Below, piece by piece: positions 56,540-64,000 of a DNA stretch of 64,000 nt. The DNA is from a bacterium. Its GTDB lineage: Bacteria; Desulfobacterota; Deferrisomatia; Deferrisomatales; BM512. Location: positions 880 through 64,879 of the forward strand of contig SCTA01000027.1 in the NCBI GenBank assembly GCA_004322275.1. The letters run 5' to 3'. Every line of letters starts with the position of its first letter. The stretch's first letter is position 1. The notes beneath the pieces are model-generated. The model ran no database searches. It was not told the origin of the DNA and worked only from the letters and a program-made list of their open reading frames with translations. A program made the translations under genes and the position numbers.

Positions 56540-58507
56540 TTATTTAAGAAACTTCGCAACTGCGCCGGTGATGGCGGTTGCGACGCTGTCGCGGTAGGCG
56601 GCGGAGCCGAGAAGTTTTTCTTCCTTCGCGTTTGATATGAAAGCCGTTTCCACCAGCACCGAGGGCATTACCGCGCCGGTGAGGACGTAGAAGGGGGCCC
56701 TCTTGACTCCGAGATTCCTTACCGAGCCGTGGTTTTTAGCTACCGCCGTGACCAGCTCGCTCTGGATAATCTTCGCCAGCCTCTGCGATTCGGGAACCTT
56801 CATGCCCAGAAGGACGTCCGCGAGAAGGTGTTCCGTCTCGGCCACAGTGTCCTCGGAGTTGGCGTTTTCCATCGCGGCGACCTTGCGCGCCGAGCGGTCG
56901 GAGGAGCGGTCGAGGTAATAGGTCTCTATCCCCCTCGCCTTTCTGGACCTGCTGGCGTTGGCATGAATGGAGATGAAGAGGTCGGCGCCGAAGGCGTTCG
57001 CCATTGCGGTTCTGCTGGACAAAGAAAGGGTTTCGTCCTTTTCCCTGGTGAGCTTGATCACGCAGGGTATTGTCGTTTTGAGGAGGTCTCTCAGCGCCTT
57101 GGCGATTTCAAGGGTGACGTTCTTTTCCATCAACCCCGATTTTCCTATTGCGCCGGGGTCGGCGCCGCCGTGTCCGGGGTCTATGAGTATCCGTATCTCT
57201 TTTTGCGGGGCTTCCTGTTTCGCCTGCTGGGAGACGATGATGTCGGTCACCGGGGGCATGGCGAGCGAAGCGACAACGGGGCCGCTCTCGTCGATCATCA
57301 CCGGCTTTTCCTCCGCCGCTACGGGTTTTTCCTCGGGCGCTTTCGCGCTTTGGGCTACAGGCTGTGCGGTCTCCGGAGGAGCCTTGACGGGGTCCGGGGC
57401 CGCCGCCGTTTTTGCGGCTTCCGCCGTAGCGGCCTGTTTCGGTTCGGAGTCCATAAGCTTTTGAAGATCGGCCTTTTCCTCGCTGACCTCCCTGACCGCG
57501 ACTTCCGGAATGGAGACGGAAGGAAGAGGGGGAGCGGCGAGGGGACTTACCGGTATTGAGGGATCCGGCCTGAGGGGGAGGTCGTCCAGCGCGAGAATCT
57601 GGTGGCGCTCCTCCTCGGTGGGCGCCTTGCAGACCTTGGATTCCTCTATGAGGTGAGCCACGATGTCCGCGTCGCTCTTCATCTGCGGGTCGTGAAAGAC
57701 GTCTATGACGACCCGGTAGGGGTCGAGGAGGGGGAAGATCGTGTATTTCGCGGGGGCGTCCAGGTCCAGAACCACCCTTGCCGTATCCTGAGAGTATTGG
57801 CCGACGCGGATTCTGGTGACAAGGCCGTCGCTGACGGTCCCGTTCTCCAGACACCCCCCGGCGAGCTTTACCTTGGTCAGATCTACGAATATTCTCGCCG
57901 GTTTGTTGTTGAGGGGGTCTTCGGGAAGGGATTCCGCCACGAAGGAGGCCCTGCCGCCGAGCTCGAAGATGATTCTCGTGTAGGCGGGGGCGGACCAGTA
58001 ACGCACCTTTGAAAGAAAAGTGCCCTTTCCCGCTTCCTTTATCCTCTTTTTGGCGGTGCCCGCCATGTCGCTCTTCGGGTATTCCTTCAATATCCGCTGC
58101 AGCAGTTCCTTTTGCTTCTTTACGTCGCCCTTCCTCTCCCAGAGGGCCGCCGCCCGGAAGAGGCCGTCGTCGGCGAGGTTGGACTTTCTGAAGGATTTGG
58201 CGATTTTGAGATAGTTATCCGAAGCCTTTGCGAAGTCGTCTTCGAGGCCCGATATCTTCCACGCTTTGTCGTAGCAGATGCCGTACATGTAAATGGCGTC
58301 GTCGCGCTTGTCGCTGCTGCTTTTGCCCGCCGCCGCGTAAGTCTTCGCGAGCTGCCGCCACTCTTCGGCTATTGAATTTCGCTTATCGTCGGCGTTTAAA
58401 GACAGGTAATCCGCCCGCGCCTTGTCGTAGGTAACCGCTTTTGCGGCGGAAGCGGCAAAAAAGGCTGCGAGAATGATTAAAAGAAATATTTTTTTACCGT
58501 TTACCAA
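56540..58507 (-). CDS. N-acetylmuramoyl-L-alanine amidase with an N-terminal TPR (CpoB/YbgF-like) domain, an AMIN domain and a Pro-rich linker
   Basis: Amidase_3 motifs IDPGHGGADPGA and FISIHANA. The AMIN-like segment is RYWSAPAYTRIIFEL. The N-terminal TPR segment ends in ..ILKEYPKSDMAGTAKKRI. Confidence 0.85.
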   Translation of the reverse strand: MVNGKKIFLLIILAAFFAASAAKAVTYDKARADYLSLNADDKRNSIAEEWRQLAKTYAAAGKSSSDKRDDAIYMYGICYDKAWKISGLEDDFAKASDNYLKIAKSFRKSNLADDGLFRAAALWERKGDVKKQKELLQRILKEYPKSDMAGTAKKRIKEAGKGTFLSKVRYWSAPAYTRIIFELGGRASFVAESLPEDPLNNKPARIFVDLTKVKLAGGCLENGTVSDGLVTRIRVGQYSQDTARVVLDLDAPAKYTIFPLLDPYRVVIDVFHDPQMKSDADIVAHLIEESKVCKAPTEEERHQILALDDLPLRPDPSIPVSPLAAPPLPSVSIPEVAVREVSEEKADLQKLMDSEPKQAATAEAAKTAAAPDPVKAPPETAQPVAQSAKAPEEKPVAAEEKPVMIDESGPVVASLAMPPVTDIIVSQQAKQEAPQKEIRILIDPGHGGADPGAIGKSGLMEKNVTLEIAKALRDLLKTTIPCVIKLTREKDETLSLSSRTAMANAFGADLFISIHANASRSRKARGIETYYLDRSSDRSARKVAAMENANSEDTVAETEHLLADVLLGMKVPESQRLAKIIQSELVTAVAKNHGSVRNLGVKRAPFYVLTGAVMPSVLVETAFISNAKEEKLLGSAAYRDSVATAITGAVAKFLK

Positions 58508-60510
58508 GAAAATTTCCCCAGTTTGTCAAGTCCCGCAAGGGTTACCGTAAGATAGGTCCGATGGTCGTATTTGTCTTTTTCAAGCAAGTAAACCAGAGTG
58601 TGGGTTATTGTCATCTCCCAGCACGGATGCTTTAATAAAAGCGCGTAAGTCGTTTCGAGACTCTTTTTGTCAAACTGCGAATATCTGTTTCTATAGTGTA
58701 GCGAAGCGAAGTCCGTAAATCCATAAGTAAAACCGCCGTCAATGTAATCGGCTTCGTCTTTAACGAATCTCCTCGCTATATAAAGTTCGTCTCCCTTCTT
58801 GTTCAAGCCTTTTATCTGCGAAGCCCACCTCAGCCACCCGTTTTCTTCTTCGGTATCGTATACGCCGTCTCCCGTAATCCTGAGCGACGCAAAAGGCCGG
58901 AACTCGGCCTCCGCCCGTACCGGGAGCCATTCCCTGAAAACCCCCTCGTCGCCCTGACCTTCCGTCAGCCGCAAGGGGCGTCTTACGTCGAGAGAGAAAA
59001 AATCCCTTCCGTCTTCGGGTGCGAGGATGCTTGTCTTCAGCCCGAGCGTGGTAAGGGACATCTCCTCGAAGATATCCTCGTGGTCGAAAAAGGGGGCTTC
59101 CTCCTCTTCCCTGCCCCTTCCGTCCCAGCGGTAGAGGGCGAAAGGCTCCACTATATGCGTCCAGCCGCCCCAGGTATCGTAGAGGGCGAGGTGCGCCGAC
59201 AGCTCCGTCCAGGGCGCTCCCTGAACGGCATTCGCGCCTTCGAGGGAGTAATAATTGTAACGGTATCCGGCGGAAGCCTTGGCCCCCGCGCCCAGATCTC
59301 CCACGCCGAGGGAAAACCCCTGATTTATCCTGTACCTTTGACCCTCGACCCCTTCGTTTCTGGTGAAATTGTCCGCCGAGAACTCCGTGAAGCTGAAGAG
59401 CGGCCCCCAAACAGGAGTGTCCCTTCCCATGAACCCCACCGAGGGGAGCTTTTGCAGTACCTCGTCCTGCGGGTCGTGGAAGGACTCGGTCCAGAGTCCG
59501 AGGCCGTAATAAGTCCCGTAACCGGCGGTGTGAGCCCCGTAAATCCGGCTTTTCTTCAGGGCTACGCCCCTCTCTTCGAGGGTATTGCCGAGGTCGCGGT
59601 AAGCGTCCTTGTCGGTCACGTAATCTATCTGGATGTCGAGGGTCTTGTCCTCCGAGAAACGAGAATTGTGGTCGGCCTTTATTTCCGCCCTGTTGTCCGA
59701 GCCGTCTTTGTCCTGCAGGAATTTCAGGTCCAGCTCGCCCTCGTGACCGGCGGCGAGAATGTAGCGCAAACGGGCGTCCTCGCTCCACCCTTTTTCGCTC
59801 ATGTAGCCCAGAGTGAAGAGAAGATCGGCGTTATCCGCGAAGGCGTAGTAGAAAGGGACGAGGGCCTCGAACCCTCTCGTGCCCGAGTAGCCCAGCTTCG
59901 GCGGAAGAAGGCCGGACTGTCTTTTCAGTTTTACGGGGTAGAAAAAATAGGGGAGGTAGAAGGCGGGAACCCTCTCGACGCGAAAGACGCCGCCTCCCCC
60001 CGTCAGGTAGCCCTCGATCTCCACCTCCATCCAGTCGGCGTCGATAGACCACGAGGGAAAGACCTTTTCGCAGGCGGTAAAGGAGGCCTCTTCGGCCCGG
60101 TAGGAGAATTCCCCGGTTCGCTGCAGTTTTTTCGCGCTTATCGTATAGCCGCTCTCGGCGAGATAAAGCTCCCCTCCGAAGATGTCGCCTTCGAGAGTGT
60201 CCACGCTCAGCCGGACGCTCTCGCACTTAATCCTGTTGCCGGAGGCGTCGGAGATAGCGACCCCTCCCCCCGCGCTTATCTCACCCTTCACCCGGTCGTA
60301 AGTGACGCTTCTGGCGGTGAGAACCCTTTCCCCCCACTCTATCTTTACCTCTCCCTCGGCCTTTACGGAATCGGCGGTAACTTCGAGGTTTCCGGAGAGG
60401 AAATTTACCGGCGCGGCGGCGCGGCTGTCCGTAAAAGTCGCGGCGAGAGAAGCCCCTGCGAAAAAGAGCAGGGCGAAGGCCGTAAGGGCGGCTCTTTTCA
60501 ACCAACCCAC
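58501..60510 (-). CDS. lptD: LPS-assembly outer-membrane protein LptD
   Basis: Signal peptide, an OstA-like N-terminal domain and a large beta-barrel region rich in alternating aromatic residues. 669 aa. It lies in the folC-lptD-amidase context. Confidence 0.8.
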   Translation of the reverse strand: MGWLKRAALTAFALLFFAGASLAATFTDSRAAAPVNFLSGNLEVTADSVKAEGEVKIEWGERVLTARSVTYDRVKGEISAGGGVAISDASGNRIKCESVRLSVDTLEGDIFGGELYLAESGYTISAKKLQRTGEFSYRAEEASFTACEKVFPSWSIDADWMEVEIEGYLTGGGGVFRVERVPAFYLPYFFYPVKLKRQSGLLPPKLGYSGTRGFEALVPFYYAFADNADLLFTLGYMSEKGWSEDARLRYILAAGHEGELDLKFLQDKDGSDNRAEIKADHNSRFSEDKTLDIQIDYVTDKDAYRDLGNTLEERGVALKKSRIYGAHTAGYGTYYGLGLWTESFHDPQDEVLQKLPSVGFMGRDTPVWGPLFSFTEFSADNFTRNEGVEGQRYRINQGFSLGVGDLGAGAKASAGYRYNYYSLEGANAVQGAPWTELSAHLALYDTWGGWTHIVEPFALYRWDGRGREEEEAPFFDHEDIFEEMSLTTLGLKTSILAPEDGRDFFSLDVRRPLRLTEGQGDEGVFREWLPVRAEAEFRPFASLRITGDGVYDTEEENGWLRWASQIKGLNKKGDELYIARRFVKDEADYIDGGFTYGFTDFASLHYRNRYSQFDKKSLETTYALLLKHPCWEMTITHTLVYLLEKDKYDHRTYLTVTLAGLDKLGKFSW

Positions 60511-61778
60511 CCTTCGCGCCTGAGAATTGACCTCGCCTGGCCGACGAGGGTAAGCGAGCCGGTTATAAGGACGAGGTCGCCCTTTCCCGCAAGCTCCAGC
60601 GCAGTTTTATAGGCGTCCGAAAGAGTCTCGGAGACCCTCGCCTTTATTCCCACCCCTTCGCTCAGCGCCCCCAGCTCCGCCGGAGAGATAGCCCGCCTGC
60701 TGTCGGAACGGGTGAGGATTATCTCGTCGGCGAGGGGGGCGAGGTCGCGGACGATGGAGAGGGCGTCCTTGTCGCCGAGTATGCCAAGGACAAGTATCAG
60801 CCTCTCTCTCGGGAAGCCGCTTTCAAGCGCCTTTGCAAGAGCCCTGGCGGCGTGGGGGTTGTGCGCCCCGTCCAGAAGTATTCTCGGCCCCCTCCCGAAA
60901 AGTTCCAGCCGCCCGGCCCACCTGACGTTTTTAAGGCCGTTTCGGATTGCCTCTTCGCCGATGGTTACGCCGGAGGAGACGAGCCCCTCGACAAGCGCCA
61001 GCGCCACCGCGAGATTATCCTTCTGGTAGGAGCCGGGGAGGCCGAGTTCAAGGTTCTTTAACGAAATGTTCATTCCCCTGTAATTGTAAAGGCCGGACTT
61101 TTCCTCTACCGTGAAGTCCCTGCCCATGACGTAAAGAGGCGTTTCCAGCTCTTTGGCCACTCTCGAAATCTCATAGAGAGCCTCGCCCGTCGCGCCTGTC
61201 GCGAGGGGAACCCCCTTCTTGGCGATGCCTGCCTTTTCGCGGGCTATGAGCGTTTCCGTTCCGCCAAGCTGCTCGGCATGTTCGAGGGAGACGTTTGTTA
61301 TTGCGCACGCCTTTGGAGTGATTATATTTGTCGAGTCGAGCCTGCCGCCCATTCCCACTTCAATTACGGCGAAGTCAGCCTTTTCCCTTGCGAAATACAA
61401 GAAGGCTACCGCGGTTATTATCTCGAACTGGGTCATGCCGGAGAGGGCCGGGTTCGCCCTGACGGCTTCGAGGACCTCTTCGAGGAGTCCGGGCAGGGCT
61501 TCGTCGGGCATTAAAGAGCCGTCGATTCTCATCCGCTCTCCGAAAAATTCAAGGGGCGGAGAGGTGTAGAGGCCGGTTCTTCTGCCGGAGGCGGTAAGGA
61601 TGGAGGAGGTCATGGCGCAGACGCTCCCCTTCCCGTTGGTGCCCGCGACGTGCGCGGCCGGGTATCTTTTCTCGGGATTGCCGAGGGCGTCCATGCAGGC
61701 GGATATTCGGGAGAGGCCGAGATTGATGCCGAATTTGTCCAGAGAATCTATAAAATCAAGGGCTTCTTTTGGCGTCAT
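60498..61778 (-). CDS. folC: bifunctional folylpolyglutamate synthase / dihydrofolate synthase
   Basis: Mur-ligase P-loop HVAGTNGKGS. 426 aa with a typical FolC layout. Confidence 0.9.
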   Translation of the reverse strand: MTPKEALDFIDSLDKFGINLGLSRISACMDALGNPEKRYPAAHVAGTNGKGSVCAMTSSILTASGRRTGLYTSPPLEFFGERMRIDGSLMPDEALPGLLEEVLEAVRANPALSGMTQFEIITAVAFLYFAREKADFAVIEVGMGGRLDSTNIITPKACAITNVSLEHAEQLGGTETLIAREKAGIAKKGVPLATGATGEALYEISRVAKELETPLYVMGRDFTVEEKSGLYNYRGMNISLKNLELGLPGSYQKDNLAVALALVEGLVSSGVTIGEEAIRNGLKNVRWAGRLELFGRGPRILLDGAHNPHAARALAKALESGFPRERLILVLGILGDKDALSIVRDLAPLADEIILTRSDSRRAISPAELGALSEGVGIKARVSETLSDAYKTALELAGKGDLVLITGSLTLVGQARSILRREGWVG

Positions 61779-61818
61779 TTATAACAGTGACTCCACTTTT
61801 CCAGTGTTTGCTGTACAT

Positions 61819-61965
61819 TTAAGAGGCTGTTTAAAAACGTCGAGAGAGCCCCGGTTTCAAGGAGACGCACAGCAAGAAGCGAGACATAACCGTGTGTTAG
61901 GCGAGCGAGAAGCGAATCGCGACGCAGAAAACACAGGTTCGCAACAGTTTTCAACAGCCTCTTAA
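61819..61965. repeat. nested inverted repeats (structured element) in the folC/fusA intergenic region
   Basis: The outer arms are ttaagaggctgtttaaaaac (61819-61838) and gttttcaacagcctcttaa (61947-61965). The inner arms are aaccgtgtgtt (61888-61898) and aacacaggtt (61930-61939). Confidence 0.4.
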
Positions 61966-62053
61966 CGGTTAGTACCAAAAATTCCGGCTGTCTGTCTACA
62001 AAAGGCCGCGCGAAGAAAATAAAATTTCAAGATTTGGAGCGAACTTTTTTTTA

Positions 62054-62083
62054 TTGACATTACGGGGCGCGTATTCATAAAAT
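62054..62083 (+). promoter_or_regulatory. sigma70-type promoter candidate for fusA
   Basis: TTGACA (62054-62059), an 18-nt spacer, TAAAAT (62078-62083), about 110 nt upstream of the ATG. Confidence 0.4.
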
Positions 62084-62192
62084 TCGCGCCTTTTACGGGT
62101 CCGGGCATCCGGCCCGCTGTTAGAACAAAATCGTTAACGAAAAGACGAGAATATAATAGAGGAAGATGCCCCAGGGGCAACAGGTGTAAAAA

Positions 62193-64000
62193 ATGGACGA
62201 ACAGATTTTAAAAACCAGAAACATCGGCATTTCGGCCCACATCGACTCAGGCAAGACTACGCTCACCGAGCGCATTCTTTTTTATACCGCGCGCATCCAC
62301 GCGATTCACGAGGTCAAGGGCAAGGACGGCGCGGGCGCCACCATGGACTTCATGGAACTGGAAAAGGAGCGCGGAATCACGATAACCTCCGCCGCCACGA
62401 ACTGCGAGTGGGACGGTTACCACATCAATATCATCGACACCCCCGGGCACGTTGACTTCACCATCGAGGTCGAGCGCGCCCTCCGCGTGCTTGACGGGGC
62501 CATCCTGGTTCTCTGCTCGGTCGGCGGCGTCCAGTCCCAGTCGATAACCGTCGATCGCCAGATGAACCGCTACAAGGTTCCCCGCATCGCTTTCATAAAC
62601 AAGTGCGACCGCACCGGCGCGAACCCCTACCGCGTCGTCGAGCAGATCCGCGAAAAGCTCCAGCAGAACGCGGTGATGATGCAGATTCCCATCGGGCTTG
62701 AAAACGACATGCAGGGCGTGGTTGACCTCATCGCGATGAAGGCTCTCTACTTCGACGGTCCCAACGGCGAAGATATCCGCATTGAGGAGATTCCCGCGAA
62801 TCTCGCCGAGGAGGCCAAGACCCGCCGCGAGGAGATGCTCGACGCCGTCTCGATGTTCTCCGACGACCTCATGGAGGCCGTCCTCGAAGGCACCGCGACC
62901 GAAGAGATGATAAACGCCGCCATCAGGAAGGGAACCCTGGCCATCGCCCTGACTCCCGTCTTCATCGGCTCGGCATACAAGAACAAGGCCGTCCAGCCCC
63001 TGCTCGACGCCGTCTGCAAGTTCCTTCCCAACCCCGACGACGTAGAGAACAAGGCTCTCGACCTCGACAATAACGAGGCGGAGGTGATCGTTCACCCCGA
63101 GGCGGACAAAGACACCGTCGCCCTCGCCTTCAAGCTCGAAGACGGCCGCTACGGACAGCTCACCTACGTCCGGGTCTATCAGGGCACGCTGGGCAAGGGA
63201 GACACCATCGTCAACGCCCGCACCGGCAAGAAGCACAAGGTCGGCAGACTGGTGCGCATGCACGCCGCCGAGATGGAGGAGATAGAGCGTTCCTCCTCCG
63301 GCGACATAGTCGCGGTCTTCGGCATAGAGTGCGCCTCCGGCGATACTTTCTGCGGCCCGGACGTGCATTACACGATGACCTCGATGCACGTGCCGGAGCC
63401 GGTCATAAGCCTCGCCATCGCGCCGAAGGACAACAAGGCACAGATAAACATGTCCAAGGCCCTCGGAAGATTCACCAAGGAAGACCCCACCTTCCGCACC
63501 TTTATCGATCCCGAATCCAACGAGACGATCATCCAGGGCATGGGCGAGCTTCACCTCGACATCTACGTCGAGCGCATGAAGCGCGAATACGGCGCCGAAG
63601 TCATCATCGGCCAGCCGCAGGTCGCCTACCGCGAGACGGTCACCCAGAGGACCAACTTCGACTACGTCCACAAAAAGCAGACCGGCGGCAGCGGCCAGTA
63701 CGGTCGCGTGGCCGGTTTCATGGAGCCGATGGAAGAGGGCGAGTACGAATTCGTCGACTCCATCGTGGGCGGTTCTATTCCGAGAGAATTCATCTCCTCC
63801 TGCGACAAGGGCTTCAAGGCCTGCCTCAAGAAGGGCTCCCTTATCGGCGCCCCCGTCACCGGAGTGAAGATGACCATAAACGACGGCGCCTCCCACGCGG
63901 TCGACTCCTCGGACAACGCCTTCCAGTCAGCCGCCATCGGAGCCTTCCGCCAGGCTTACTCCAAGGCCAGCCCCCAGATACTCGAACCCATAATGAAGGT
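62193..64000 (+). CDS. fusA: elongation factor G (3' end beyond the window)
   Basis: This ORF is not in the ORF track because it has no stop in the window. The ATG at 62193 gives [45 protein letters not shown].., and the frame is open to nt 64000. Confidence 0.95.
   Translation, partial: MDEQILKTRNIGISAHIDSGKTTLTERILFYTARIHAIHEVKGKDGAGATMDFMELEKERGITITSAATNCEWDGYHINIIDTPGHVDFTIEVERALRVLDGAILVLCSVGGVQSQSITVDRQMNRYKVPRIAFINKCDRTGANPYRVVEQIREKLQQNAVMMQIPIGLENDMQGVVDLIAMKALYFDGPNGEDIRIEEIPANLAEEAKTRREEMLDAVSMFSDDLMEAVLEGTATEEMINAAIRKGTLAIALTPVFIGSAYKNKAVQPLLDAVCKFLPNPDDVENKALDLDNNEAEVIVHPEADKDTVALAFKLEDGRYGQLTYVRVYQGTLGKGDTIVNARTGKKHKVGRLVRMHAAEMEEIERSSSGDIVAVFGIECASGDTFCGPDVHYTMTSMHVPEPVISLAIAPKDNKAQINMSKALGRFTKEDPTFRTFIDPESNETIIQGMGELHLDIYVERMKREYGAEVIIGQPQVAYRETVTQRTNFDYVHKKQTGGSGQYGRVAGFMEPMEEGEYEFVDSIVGGSIPREFISSCDKGFKACLKKGSLIGAPVTGVKMTINDGASHAVDSSDNAFQSAAIGAFRQAYSKASPQILEPIMK

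Noticed and set aside
59080-60612. 510-aa plus-strand ORF
   Set aside because: It is antisense to lptD and the 3' end of folC, so it is a shadow ORF.
62247-63896. 549-aa minus-strand ORF
   Set aside because: It is antisense to a textbook EF-G reading frame on the plus strand. It is a Gly/Asp/Val-rich mirror ORF typical of high-GC genes, with no recognisable motifs.

Overview
This is a 64-kb, high-GC chromosomal segment from a Gram-negative bacterium. The evidence for Gram-negative is LptD, a GT9 heptosyltransferase, Sel1-repeat and AMIN-amidase proteins. Multihaem cytochromes, an MglA-type GTPase, radical SAM enzymes and a 2-hydroxyacyl-CoA-dehydratase-like protein suggest a deltaproteobacterium-like anaerobe, but that is inference only. 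Most of the window is tightly packed housekeeping DNA: hflX, glnS, rpmB, thrC, ndk, eno, xseB-ispA-dxs, tlyA, folC, lptD, rsmB, rsmD and a stand-alone fusA. There are seven tRNA genes in three clusters (Arg-ACG, Ser-GGA, Ser-GCT; Gln-CTG, Glu-CTC; Ala-CGC, Thr-CGT). The clearest accessory feature is a ~5.6-kb integrative element in the 3' half of tRNA-Thr(CGT), at 30243-35897. It is bounded by a perfect 50-bp direct repeat and carries a tyrosine integrase, an AlpA-type excisionase, a DUF3631 P-loop protein, two small coupled ORFs and two strongly AT-rich cargo ORFs of unknown function. It has no structural or conjugation genes, so it looks satellite- or IME-like. Other items worth a second look are: two REP/REPIN-like doublets with GTAG heads between convergent genes; an MglA-family GTPase fused to a Pro/Ala linker, an extra domain and a MinD-like C-terminal amphipathic helix; a 5-haem plus 9-haem cytochrome c plus NHL-propeller cluster; a possible proteasome-like Ntn-hydrolase coupled to an envelope protein; two radical SAM/SPASM genes around a GT9 glycosyltransferase; and a membrane protein / HgdB-like / PP-loop ATPase operon. 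I found no CRISPR array, rRNA or IS transposase. All family calls come from motif recognition by eye in the supplied translations; no database search was possible.
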